Assembly: GCF_037042905.1 (NCBI RefSeq)
Contig: NW_026974140.1
Coordinates: 1,304,001-1,368,000, forward strand
Length of the DNA: 64,000 bases
Direction: 5' to 3'
Source of the DNA: Lytechinus pictus
Taxonomy: Eukaryota
The notes below the pieces were generated by a model that was not told the origin of the DNA, searched no databases, and saw only the letters and a program-made list of their open reading frames with translations. Of this stretch, positions 26,976 to 39,400 are shown one piece after another (the stretch's first letter is position 1; every line of letters begins with the position of its first letter). Both the position numbers and the translations under genes were made by a program.

Positions 26976-27125
26976 TACCTCGGTCACATTTGCTCTACGG
27001 CGAGTCGAAAACAGCCGTTTTATTCAAACCACGGTAACCACCTATATTCAGCTGGTACAAAAAATGTTAAAACGGCTGTTTTCGACTCGCCGTACGGCCG
27101 CCGTAGAACAAATGTGACCGAGATA
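26976..27125. mobile_element. Short hairpin MITE
   Basis: cctcggtcacatttgctctacggcg...cgccgtagaacaaatgtgaccgag; sister of 13476-13611. Confidence 0.78.
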
Positions 27126-28502
27126 TAAAGTCGGAACAATCTTTGGATTTAGTAAGGGCGTGACGCAGCGCAAGCTCAAAGGGCTACGCATGCGGTCCGA
27201 AGATGCAGTCGGTCATTGACATAAGAAACAACACGCATTCACAAAATTAATCGCACTTTCTAAGGATGTAGCGATATCGATCTGAACATTGGAAAGTATG
27301 GAGTTAATTTATCGATGTAAATAGTCTATAAACTGTAAGTATAAAATGAGATTGACTTAAATTTTTAAGTTATCAGTAATTGCCTTTCTGCTTCAATCGC
27401 AATTCGCGCAACCGTTACGGCTGTGTAGCCGGAGAAGCATTAAATAGACATAAAATGTGGTGCATTTAGCAGCAATCTAAGCTCGTCGATATTGATATTT
27501 TCGATAGCTACCGCGCTTTGCGCGGGTGGGGGGACACCCCCCTCCCGAACCCTCCCCCCGTGCGTGCTTTGCACGCATCGAGGCCGCTGCGCGGCTTGCA
27601 TCGCTTCGCGCCGCCAAGCGTCAGAGTGAACCTAGCGAGAACGTTGGACGAGTGGATACCATGCGCGACCAAAAAAACACGTAAAAAGGATGTCTTTTTC
27701 AAGACAGGGCACGTTACGTACGTAACGTGATAAGGGTGTCAAAAACACAAAAATAATGAAAAAAGGGTATCTATTTTGCTTGGAAAGTTACGTGTTTAGG
27801 GTCAAATTTGCGGGGATGATAAAACAAAATTAAAATGTTTTATAAAGAATGTCTATTTTACGTGTTTAGAGTCCGATTTGCACGAGGTGTGGAAGGTGGG
27901 GTCGTACTTAACCAAATGATGTGTAAAGGTAAAACCAACGACCGAATCACCCGTGACATGCATAACAATAAAATATTCCTACTTGTTTAGGGGTTCATTT
28001 CAGGGAATACTTGCCAAGAGTATCGTTTTGTTCCCAATACTTGTTAAGGGTAGGGTTTCAGACGCCAATACTTGTTAAGGGGTGCATTTTCAGAATATGG
28101 AAAATACGTGTTTAGGGTGCTTTTCGAGACCCCATGGTCGCGCATGGTATCCACTCGTCAATGGAAGTGGCCCCCCCGGGCTTCTTATGGTATACACTGG
28201 AACACTTGACTCCCTCGCAGGTGTTGACTATGAGTACAGACTACATGGATACACACCAATAATCTTCAATCCCTCCCTGGTGTGCTCTCAGGCACCCTAG
28301 ATTTCGTCCAACCAACGGGTATACAATAGTAGCTCTACTCAATGTGGTTTCACACTGGTACCTTTAACCCTCCCTAGGAGTACCGACTGTGGGTATACTC
28401 TTGTACCCTTGACTCCCTCAATGAATGTGTTGACTATGGGTATATACTGGTTACCTTGAAGCAATCCCTTGTGGTACAGTATTATCTTACATACTGGTAC
28501 TC

Positions 28503-28675
28503 TTAATCCTAAATAGACTGGGCTATTTTGATGCCTAAGAACACGGGGGGAGGGGTGATTCAGCCACTTTAATGATCTCGGCCGTCGATCGCGCCGATCA
28601 TGATGAAAATTGGCAAGAGCGTCAAAAATTTTGTCGGCTAAATCAGCCCCCCCCCTCTCGTCTTATTAGGATTAA
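28503..28675. mobile_element. Internally deleted mini copy of the TTAA-type family
   Basis: ttaa|tcctaaatagac...tcttattagga|ttaa; left end is the reverse complement of 9600-9665. Confidence 0.75.
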
Positions 28676-28872
28676 TCCTATTCCTAGGATGTAGGTTAGG
28701 GCTGCAATAGGGTTTTAAGTTGGGTTTAGGGTATAGTGTTACACCTAGGGTGGAAGTTGGTCATTTGATTAGTCTTTGGAATTTAGAGCAGAGCAATCTC
28801 ATGGAACCCCTATAACATACTCCTGGACTGTGTGACACATATAAGGATTCAATGGAATCCACGACTACTCAC

Positions 28873-29037
28873 CTGTATATTGTTGGTACACATTGGTCTG
28901 TAGAGAAAGAAGGCACTCTCAGGAGTGATGTGATAGTTGGTGACCATGTTGACTAGATCAGGGAAGTGCTTGGAGTAGTCTTCTATACTCAGTAGGTTGG
29001 ATAAGAACCCACCTAGCTGTACGAGAGTATCTTGGCA
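28873..29037 (-). CDS. THOC2: THOC2 exon (CQDTLVQLGGFLS...AFFLYRPMCTNNIQ)
   Basis: 165 nt; tgcag / gtgagt. Confidence 0.96.
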
Positions 29038-29447
29038 CTGCAGGAAACAAGGGCACACCAAAACATAAAAAGGCCATCACACTTTATTCCAAAAATATTC
29101 ACTATAATCATACACTGATCAAATCACTTTCCTTTACAGCATGCAAGAAAAGAAGAACTGTTTAAATAATTCTCCTCATATCATGCTCCACATGGATAAA
29201 AGGAGATGATGAAAGAAAAAAATTAGAGAGATACTTGATATACATGAAGTTAATTGCAGAGATTGCACATGCAATTCTGAAAAACAATGACAGTATACAA
29301 TTACTATTCCCATTTGCACCTTTTGGTAAAACCATAACAAATATGCATTCCTTGTAATCATTTAGCAATAAAGGAAATAGAGTGATATAAAATCATCTAA
29401 AACAAGCATGGGAGAAATAATTAATGTACAAAGATTGTGTTCATTAA

Positions 29448-30491
29448 CCCTGAATGGATTGGACCCCCCCTCAGCGCTTTGCGCGATATTTCCAAAACGC
29501 AAAAAGATAGCGACACAAAATTTTATGACTTTTTACTTTTGAGACCAAGTTCGCGACATACGGGTATAGCATCGCGACGCCACGTGACTTTTTACAAGAT
29601 TTTGTGTGCAAAGTCGATGGGAGATGAAATTCATAAAAGGGTGATTATTTTTCATTCTAATCGGTTTGCTAAATTAATTTAGGGTTTAAAGATAAATGAA
29701 AGTAGTTGCAGTAAACACTGATTTCACGAGATAGTGTGTAAAACCAAGCTTAATCGTCACTATATCATCGTGGATCTAGATCTGGTACAGTTACATAAAC
29801 TGAACTTTGTGAAATCTCGAAATCTACGCTGAAAAATGTTCACACTGAAGATCACCAACACAGATAAGCGCACGTGGGACAGTGTATTATTATTGCTTGA
29901 ATGTCGGCCCGATGCTTGACCCGAATCCCGTGCTTATTTGCTAATATCTCAGCAATTGCACAATTTCTTCCAGAATCCTTTGGCACATATTTTTTATTTA
30001 TACAAACAGACACTTTGGTGGTCATATCATTAAATTCTGTACGAACTCATTTTGAAATCGTTACCACAACTGGAATTTATTTTTAATTTAGTTGGTAAAT
30101 GGTCTGAAATAATTTCCATTAAAAAAACAATGAAAAAACAAAGAAATACAGAAGACATTCTAAAAAACAAAGAAATACATGTACATAAGAAAAAAATTGA
30201 CTTTCGCAATTTTTGTTTGTGAAAACCTTTAAATTAGATTACAAAGAAGTGAAATTGGGTGTTTAATTTACAAATAATGTTTTCCCGAATAAATTTGCAT
30301 GTTTAATTCATAATATATAAAAAATAATTATTTTCAGAATTTTTTTTATACTGGCTTGTAGTTTATGTGGTAAAGAATGGGCGTGCGATATTTCGGTGCG
30401 ATCGTGCAACCAGCAACCGAGATCAGAAGCGGGGGCATCATGCCCCCCCCCCCATCCTCAATACATCTCAAATAGCCCAGTCCATTGAGGG
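29448..30491. mobile_element. TTAA-flanked piggyBac-like non-autonomous element with nested insertion at 29690-30082
   Basis: ttaa|ccctgaatgga...tccattgaggg|ttaa; the related copy near 46340 lacks the inner insertion. Confidence 0.8.
29690..30082. mobile_element. TTAA-flanked AG-ended (Kolobok-like) MITE
   Basis: ttaa|agataaat...atttattt|ttaa; diverged inverted relative at ~53120-53496 plus 56518-56545. Confidence 0.7.
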
Positions 30492-30569
30492 TTAAGCTTG
30501 TTCTCTGTAAGCCTTGGGGTAAGAATATGAAGCAAGTAAATAAAGTATGTTCACAGTAACCAATCTTAC

Positions 30570-30749
30570 CTGATCATACAACATTCCAACAAGTTTGAGA
30601 TGAGTTCCTTGTTCATGTTTATAGACAACCCTGTACTTCTCTTGGGCCATTAGCATACACATACTAACAGCCAGGTCATCTTCCAGCAAGGCCTCCTTTA
30701 AACGCTGTGATGATCGCTTTGTGTTACGCACCTGGGTAAAGTAACCTCC
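30570..30749 (-). CDS. THOC2: THOC2 exon ([22 protein letters not shown]...[11 protein letters not shown])
   Basis: 180 nt; ctcag / gtaaga. Confidence 0.96.
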
Positions 30750-30978
30750 CTGAGGAACAGGTAGTCAAAGAGACAATTACAAGCAACCAAACAATACTTA
30801 GGATTACAGTGATGACCCGTCCAGACAAATCCAAGAGTTCATTTTAAAGAAAATTCAAATAACATTGAAGGTTGTGAAAGGTTATGATTATATAACCTTT
30901 CTTTAAAAACATTTCAAAATTGCATTTTGAATGACTGAAAATGTAGCGACATTGTATGAGCCTTGCAGAAGCTTAAAT

Positions 30979-31748
30979 AACTAGAACTACAGTAATACCC
31001 CCGCCGTACGCCTTTACCATGGCAACACATGAAAAAAGTATGTCTTGCCTTGTATTACCCTAAGACAAATGCCTGAGCTAAATATGAGATTTGGTTAAAA
31101 ATGGATGAAGAAGTTCAACCCCCAAGATTTTTGCTTAATTTTTTGACACATGATATATAATATACATGTATATATAAATTTCCAACACACAAAAACATGA
31201 GTCTGGAACATCTTTACCTCAAAACTAATGAGTGAGTCAAATTTCATGAGAATTGGTTGAAAACTGATGAAGAAGTACAAACCGCAAAATGTTTACCGAA
31301 TTTTCATCAAATAATACATTGTAACCATGGCAACATGATTTCTGACACACACACATACATTTTTGCTTAATTTTTGACACATAATATATTGTTACCATTG
31401 CAACAAAATTTCCAACACGAAAAAAACATGTGCCTTGCAGATCTTTCCCTCAAGACCAATGTATATGCCAAATTTCATGAGAATTGGTTAAAAACTGAGG
31501 AAGTGGCTCGACTGCAAGATTATTTTTGCCATAATATCCTGTTACCATGGAAACACAGTTTTTGACACATACAAAAAATATGTCTTGCACATCTTTCCCC
31601 CAACACCACTATGTGTGCCAAGTTTCATGAGAATTGGTTAAAAACTGATGAAGAAAGTTTGACGCGCAAGATTTGCAACGGACCGACAAACCGCCCGTAC
31701 ACTGATTCCTATATACCCCCTTCAAAATTTGTTTGGCAGGGGTATAAA
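30979..31748 (-). mobile_element. Second DINE-1/HINE-like family with internal tandem array
   Basis: Minus strand starts tttatacccc...gggggtata (hairpin) and ends ggggggtattactgtagttctagtt; units contain ccatggcaac. Confidence 0.72.
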
Positions 31749-32287
31749 GATCCTCCCTAATCATGTCATAAACACATTAATTCAGTTTGGTTCAGCTTCC
31801 TTACAGGTAGCACCTGGGGCAAGTCAATTATGCTCTTCCCATAATTCCATTTCAAGTCTTGAAATGTGCCCAAAACTATACACACAATCAAAATCTGAGA
31901 TTCTCTATTTCACTCTTGGATTATCCATTGACAAAAAATGTATTCATGCCTACAAGAATTACACATTTTTGTCTACTGTGCCAGAAAAAGGCAAATCAGG
32001 TCCCATATGCAGAAATTGATGCGAGTGGTACATGTATAATATCTGTATTCAGTCAAGAAAAAAAAAGGAAAGATTCCTCATGTTCTTGGCAGCTTCCAAC
32101 TAAATCGTAATAATTTCAAGGTAATATGGACAACAGATGGGCTTTTCATGGACGTAAAGATATATGTGAATTTTCAACAACTTTTTGATTTTTTTTTATA
32201 CAAGGTCAAACAGTGGCAGGTCACGATTTGACTTAGCACTAGTTTTTCCTATAACATCCAAATTGAATCAAATCATTTCTAACCCAC

Positions 32288-32405
32288 CTCGGCTCTGAGA
32301 AGCTCTCCTCCAGCCAGTGCTTCTAACTGGTCAGCGGTCATCTCTTCGGTCACCTCAATTCCAGCCATTTTCAACACCACTTCTCTCAAGATCAAAAGAT
32401 CAAAA
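32288..32405 (-). CDS. THOC2: THOC2 exon ([39 protein letters not shown])
   Basis: 118 nt; tacag / gtgggt. Confidence 0.96.
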
Positions 32406-33150
32406 CTGTATTTTCAAAAAGAGAACATCAAGGAATATACGGGTAAGCCTGCCTAAGATTATTCTCCTGGGACCTCAGAAATTTCTTCAGATTGGGTGCA
32501 AAATGACTACAGATAAATTGCCTAATCTGGAAAAAAATTGCTCTTTAGTTATTGGATGGCTCTTACATGTAGCTATGGATGGCTGCGATTTGAAGACGAA
32601 ACTATACAACATGAAAAGGCAAAATCAAGCTTCAGAAATAGTAACTGTTTGCTAATGAAGACTCAATACATTGTGATATCAATATTAAGGTACCTACATG
32701 TGTATTTTTTGAAGGAGGGCGATCTTTCATACTCTGAATTTGCTGCTACTACCACTATTATCAATTCTACTTCTTTCAGATGAAAAAAAAAGAAAAAAGA
32801 TCCTCTTTTATTTATTTTTTTTCTGCACATATGGCCTGAAGAGCCTCCTTCAGCGAAAAATAAGGCTGTTCTTCAGCCGGGTCCAGTCAATACCAGTCAT
32901 TAATTAATGTTTCTATTATCTAAAATAAATGACTAGTCATGTGATCGCTTTCAGCCAATCATTTTTAGGTTTCATATCACCACTTAAAAATAGAAAAAAA
33001 ATGCAGTTTAACATATATACATGTAGCTAGTATTACAACTTTGTAAAATATCACAAATCTTGAAATATGAGTTATAGACAACATCTTATGATTACAACAA
33101 CACTCTTCAGAAAAAATATAGCTTTAGAAAAAAAAAAACTGTTTCAGTAC

Positions 33151-33247
33151 CTTTTGCCAACTTTGAGCTGATTTGCAACAAATTGGAGTAGTCCTGTCAA
33201 CTCAATGTTGTATTTGCGAAACATGGCCCCACAAAATGATGCCAAAC
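33151..33247 (-). CDS. THOC2: THOC2 exon ([31 protein letters not shown])
   Basis: 97 nt; cttag / gtactg. Confidence 0.95.
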
Positions 33248-33415
33248 CTAAGTAACAGGAATAAAACAGTTATATTTTCAATAACCAACAAAACAATTCA
33301 CAAATACAGTTAGAGAAAAGTCAATTGGTTGTTTTGTAGAATTATTGTCATCATTTCAACTATCACCACCAACAAATACTTTTGATTTACCACTCCTAAA
33401 CCAATTTTCCCCATT

Positions 33416-33489
<74 letters not shown>

Positions 33490-33538
33490 ACTACTTTTAC
33501 TACTACTACTCTTATTACTACTCTTACTACTACTACTT

Positions 33539-33595
<57 letters not shown>

Positions 33596-33616
33596 TTACT
33601 ACTATTCTTACTACTT

Positions 33617-33676
<60 letters not shown>

Positions 33677-33735
33677 ATACTACTACTACTACTACTTATT
33701 ACTACTCTTACTACTACTACTTTTACTACTACTAC

Positions 33736-33766
<31 letters not shown>

Positions 33767-33871
33767 CTTACTACTATTCTTACTACTATTCTTACTACTT
33801 CTACTACTACTACTAATACTACTACTCTTACTACTACTCTTACTACTACTACTACTTCTACTACTACTACT
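33416..33871. repeat. (TAC)n compound microsatellite, ~450 bp
   Basis: Direct reading; TGC/TCT/AAT interruptions. Confidence 0.97.
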
Positions 33872-34017
33872 TTTTTTCTTTTCCTTCCAAATGATTGTTA
33901 CTCTGCTATTGCTATAGAAAGTAAAATTTGATTTGCTACATTTGAAATTTATCAAATAGGAATTAGTTGATATTTGCAATTGATTGTAAGTTTCTTGTAA
34001 CATCTTTTACTACTTAC

Positions 34018-34098
34018 TTTGCATCCAAAGTGAAAGACTGGTCTCATCATGTTTCATGCGTTCCTTCTCTGGGTTTGCTAGAGCTTCTATCACACAAT
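34018..34098 (-). CDS. THOC2: THOC2 exon ([27 protein letters not shown])
   Basis: 81 nt; ctcag / gtaagt. Confidence 0.96.
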
Positions 34099-35301
34099 CT
34101 GAGACAAAATCAAACTTAAGGAATCATAATCAAGTGATCAAATTTATCATAAATACAAATTAAATCATTAAACTGGGGTATATTCCTTAACACCTTGCTA
34201 TTATTACACAATTAAATATAGCAGAATTGTTGTCTTCACATCACTGATATATCTTCTTTTAAAAAATTACCTTTCTTTCTGAACATTGAATTTCAGATTT
34301 TGAATTAATTCCAAGACACCTAGACAACAGCTATCAATGCCTAGAGGATTAGCCTCTCTTTCGCCTTGGACATATCTGGTACAACTTTTAGTTCTATGTA
34401 ATTCAATACACAACATCACTATTCAGTTTGCAACATTGAAATATACATTACATGTATTCTTTTTGGACTTACCATCAGAATAGAAAAATTCATGGTGGAT
34501 GTTTCATAAAGCTGTTTGTACTGTCACTACTTTAAAAAGAGCGGCTGAGAACAACTGGTGATCCTTTCTTGTGGTAATTGACATTCACAATTAGATGTTC
34601 ATTGGTGATTAATTAGAGTGTAAGAAAGGATCACCAGTTGTTCTTGAAGTCGCTCTTAACTTAAGAACAGATTTATACAACGTCCCCCAGGTCTAAAGTT
34701 ACTCCAATGTCATCAAAGCCATGGCTGTGGATGCACTGAGACTGGTTTCTCTTTGGCCAGGGAAATTCTGGTGGCCCTGCTAGTTTTTCATTTGTGATTT
34801 TATAAAGCGATCATCAACTGACAAGTAAAAGGGCAATATGGCATATCAAGAGCAAAACATGATACCAAACATGAAATCAGTAATAAAATGAAAAACAATA
34901 TTTCCAAAATTATTACTCAGCAATATTGCCCTTTTACTTGCTGAATGCCGAAACGTGCCCACATTGGTCTTGCTCTACAGCTACTGAACATTCAAAGCCT
35001 GAAATGCAATCCTACTCTATATGTGACCCAGCACCACAAAAAATCACACTGTGTGATTTTCAAATGGAGCCAATATAAAGAGTATTTTGGTCAGAATGTT
35101 CAAATTTCAGATTCCGGTGTTTTCTGTTTACTGTAAAAATTTGGATGTACCAATCAAACCTAAAGTGTAATTATTGAGTGTTTTTATTAGACCCATTTTT
35201 GTCCTTTTGAGTTAATTGTAATCATGATTTGTTTCCACGAAAACCTGAATATTTATCTCTCTTTGAACTCCTATAGATTAAACAACTTCTAACATTAATA
35301 T

Positions 35302-36723
35302 CATCATCATCATATCAGCCATGTTCAGCCCACTGCAAGGCGAAGGCCTCCTCAAGTTGGTGCCAAAGGTGCTTGTCTTGTGCTGAAGCAATCCAATTTA
35401 TGCCTATGAATTTTGTGAGCTCGTCACTCCATCTCAATTTTTGTCTACCCCGATTTCGTGATCCTAGCCATGGTCTCCATTCTGTGATGCGTTTGGTCCA
35501 CCTATTATCATGTGATCTTGCAAGGTGGCCAGCCCATCTCCATTTCGTTGATTTAATTGCTTTGATTATGTCTATTACTCTAGTCTGGCTCCTAATCCAT
35601 TGTATGGTTTTCCTGTCACGTTTTGATATCCGTAGCATTATACGTTCCATACTGTGTTGAGTGGTTTTTAATTTCTGTTCCATTTTCTTTGTTACAGACC
35701 AGGTTTCAGAACCATAGGTCATTGCCGGTATAACGCATTGATTAAATACTTTTCTCTGAAGGCAAATTGGCATATTGCTCTTCATAATGTCATTGAAATT
35801 CCCAAAAGTGATCCATCCAGCTCTTGTCCTCCTTTTAACTTCATCCAGTTGTTCATGATCCATTCTGACGTGTTGCCCAAGGTAGATTTAATGATCTACT
35901 TTCTCGATTTCAAAATTATCCATTATGATTCTTTCCTCCTTAGCAAATTTGTTGAACATTACTTTTGTCTTTTTGAAGTTGATCTTCAGACCTACTTTGT
36001 TACTTTCAGTGTTGAGATCGTTGAGCATATTTTCTAGCTTGTGGCCATCATCAGTGATTAGAATGATATCATCGGCAAATGTCAGGTGGTGGAGACACTC
36101 ACCTTCAATGTTTAGCCCCATACTTTCCCAGTCTAATTTACGTATTATTTCCTCCAGTGCAGCATTGAACAGTTTGGGTGAAATGGTATCTCCCTGTCGC
36201 ACTCCTCTGTTAATGGGGAATTCATCACTGTCTTTGTGCAGGTGAATGGTTGCAGTTGCTTGGCTATACATTTCCTGAATGAGTTTGATGTAATTATGGT
36301 GCACACCTTGTACCTGTAAGGCTGTTATTACTGCCTGAAATTCTACACTGTCAAAAGCTTGTGCGAAGTCTACAAATGCCACGCACAGGGGTTGTCTGTA
36401 TTCGCAAGTCTTCTCTAATAGTTGGTTAAGTGTGTGAAGATGGTCTGTAGTAGAGAAACCACTTCTGAATCCGGCTTGTTCCCTCGGTTGGTTAAAATCT
36501 AGGGTTCCAGTGATTCTGTTTGTTAGGACTTTTGTAAATAATTTGTAGGTATTTGAAAGTAAGCTAATTGGCCTATAGTTTTTAATATCCTTTATATCTC
36601 CTTTCTTGTGGATGAGGATTATGATTGCATTGTTCCAGCTGTCTGGTGTTTGTGTTTTTACTAAACAGAGTGTAAACAGCTTGGCCAGCTGTTCCAGGAT
36701 GACATCACCTCCATATCACCTCC
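35302..36723 (-). mobile_element. 5'-truncated RTE-clade LINE (reverse transcriptase and C-terminus)
   Basis: NYRPISLL, EQAGFR, FVDFAQAFDSV, GVRQGDTISPKLF, FADD, YGSETW, RWAGHLAR in one frame with one TAA at 35888-35890; (TGA)n tail; ACATTAATAT at 35292-35301 and 36724-36733. Confidence 0.93.
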
Positions 36724-37462
36724 ACATTAATATATATCATCTTTATTTGCCAAATAATATGTAACATATACACTTCTATAAAAAAAAAACACAATAAATC
36801 ACAAATTAAATACACAAATAGGGGAGGAAGATGGAGTAAATTAAAACTAAGAAATGCATAGAAATTCTATCAATACTTGTTCGAACTAATGGGCAGGATG
36901 TACTTAATTAGTGTGTGAAATTTGGGGACAAGCTGATAATTTCTTCTATGGAAATTCTATTGACATTTAATCTTCCTTTTGTCTACAATACACAATAGTG
37001 GAAGAGTAAGTGCTCTTCAATAGACTAGTAATTTCTAATCCCCCTTTTCTCAAAAGGAGTGTTCCACAGTAGCGAACATTCTCCTCTTCCTTGTGTGGGT
37101 CTTACTTGTGTGGGTTAGGATCAATCCTTGTGCATGAGTTATATATCAATATAAAGCTTAGAATCTCCTCTTTCAGAAGGGCTTTTAAACAAAAAATTTA
37201 TTTCTGGCGAATTTTTGTGGGTTTTGTGGTGCCTGGTCACATATGTCCAAGTACAACTAATGTACTGGTTACTGCTGATATTTCAGACTTCATGGAATAT
37301 GAACATGAATCAGAAAAATTGCTATTGCTTCAAGCAACTCTGTGCTTATAATAGCTGGCCCCTGTATTTTACCGAACTCATTATATCATATGCTTATGTA
37401 TTATTAAATTATCAGTCTTTTCTATATTATTTACAATGTATCTCTTCAATTGTCACATTTAA

Positions 37463-38911
37463 AGGAGAAATATATTGATTATGAATGTGGCCTTATTATA
37501 TATCAGTGGAAAGGTCATGATGTGGGGATTATCGTTTGGTCATTCAAAAATAACGAAAGTAATACACAAGGTGGAAATCGCCAATTAAAAAGCGCTAAAA
37601 TGCCTCTCCGAAATACGCCTCCCAGCGGTCTCTGAATTAACTCGAATTTGATGACGTGTATGAGTGTACGAGAGACGTGATTGGCTCCCCCACGTCAAGC
37701 TCCATTGCATGCAAAACCTGTTGCGAGGGTACGTTTTCTCCACTGTCACTGAATACTTCGATCACGAAATGAAAGAAAACCCAAAAGTTTATCTAGATTA
37801 CTATTTTTTAATTACGATAAAACCCTTTTTTGAAGCAAAAAGTTGAGGTGTAAAAGATCATCCCCAACTTATGTAAACAAACCATCACAAACACACATTG
37901 CTTGCTCGCCTTGGCTGAGCTGAGAGAGTACGGTAGATGCACGTGTTGCACAGCTCTCAACCGGCATTTTGGATGGTTTGTTTACAATCACATACGAGCT
38001 ACGCATGTTGGGGATGATCTTTTACATCTAACTTTAATTTACCTCAACTTTTTGCTTCAAAAAAGGTTTTATCGTAATTTAAAAATAGTACAAGGTGTCA
38101 CTATATTTTTATATAGATAAATAATTCCCCGAGATTCATAATTTTGTCAAAATAATGAGGTAAAAATTATACCTAACAGAACGAGTGACAATTTATCCCA
38201 GCCACGTGAATTATCGTCGGTGCATATCGTCTGCTGCTATTCGTTGAGTTGATTTGCCTTCAGATTTGGATATATTCACTTGTTTGTAAGTACAGTTATA
38301 TCATTATTTTCCTTTTTTAGAGTAAATGAGGGAAGAGACTCTGTCTGGATGGTCAGACTGGAATTCATTTACATGGATTTATTTTGGCCCGCGGTACGTG
38401 CAGCCAGCACTAGCAGCTGCATGAGTTGGTAGCGAATCGGCATGCAAGTTGAATTGTCCGACTCATCATCATAGGCGTAATTCCCCTAATTTACCTCCAT
38501 CCACGTCACTAGAGCTAGAAACTTCATCAATTTTCTCTTCATCTTCAAAATCATCAATTTGAAAATCCAAAATCTAGATAAACTCCTGGGTTTTCTTTCA
38601 TTTCGTGATCGAAGTATTCAGTGACAGTGTGGAGAAAAACGTACCCTTGCAACAGGGTTTGCATGCAAGAGGAGCTTGACGTGGGAGAGCCAATCACATC
38701 TCTCATACACTTATACACGTCATCAAAAAACCCAAATTTCGCGGACGTAATTGTGCGTGTTTGAAGTATTCAGAGAGAGAACTTTAAACTATCAATTAAG
38801 TAAGTTTCATCGGTCTCCATGATAAATGTATACACCATCGTGTTCTTCTTATTTTCCCCTTTAATTTGATATATAATTCTTTATTTTTATGATTTTCAAT
38901 ATATTTCTACT
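37463..38911. mobile_element. TTAA-flanked AG..CT (Kolobok-like) element with nested internal inverted repeats
   Basis: ttaa|aggagaaatatattga...tcaatatatttctact|ttaa; ~37650-37800 vs 38570-38725 and ~37800-37895 vs 37975-38090 are inverted. Confidence 0.8.
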
Positions 38912-39306
38912 TTAAATTGTATTCATTTATATGTTTGGTCTTATGTCAACATGTTGATTTATCATTGATTTATGAATAAAATGCAGAAACTCCTGCAAAA
39001 AGAAAATACATTTTAAAACTTAAAATAATTCACTGACCTCAAATGACATTTGAGATGGACATATCTAATAACCATCACATAAACATTTGATAAAACACTT
39101 TTGAAATGATTAACAAAACTTCTGTTTTTATCAATTTAAAATTCATCTGAGATGACCTTTGTCCTTTACCCAGTGATCTGAAATTGTAATCACATAAAGT
39201 GTAACTGCTTGTACTTAATAAAAATAACAATCATATATGACTTTCATGGAATAGAAACTGATAGTTCTAGGACACAATTTGGGTTTACTGATAATAACAA
39301 GGATAC

Positions 39307-39400
39307 AAGCTAGTATATCATATGACAGTGATGTAAGGTATTTCAGAGAATCCACCACAGGAGCAATTAGATTATCATACATCTGAATCTGAGACAATAC
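39307..39400 (-). CDS. THOC2: THOC2 exon ([31 protein letters not shown])
   Basis: 94 nt; accag acceptor; donor GTATCCTT (U12-type). Confidence 0.96.

Larger units (their letters stand above)
23276..27646. mobile_element. Non-autonomous hAT-like element (14-bp TIR, 8-bp TSD)
   Basis: TIR CAACGTTCTCGCTA / TAGCGAGAACGTTG; GACGAGTG at 23268-23275 and 27647-27654; no transposase ORF. Confidence 0.88.
23247..28180. mobile_element. MITE (inverted copy of 1694-2260) split by a 4.4-kb insertion
   Basis: cccggggggg...cccccccggg ends; CTTCTTAT TSD at 23239-23246 and 28181-28188. Confidence 0.9.
34099..39306 (-). other. U12-type (minor spliceosome) GT-AG intron of THOC2
   Basis: 5' splice site GTATCCTTG; branch-point-like TTCCTTAAG at 34115-34123, ending 16 nt before the exon; phase 1. 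Confidence 0.85.

Noticed and set aside
23276..27646. Autonomous transposase or cargo gene in the 4.4-kb element
   Set aside because: Only short ORFs with no DDE, BED or hAT dimerisation motifs.
28190..28500. Degenerate minisatellite (ggtatacactggtacccttgactccct-like units)
   Set aside because: Too decayed to define a period or boundaries.
33345..34003. Poly-Tyr and poly-Ser ORFs in the track
   Set aside because: Translations of the (TAC)n microsatellite.
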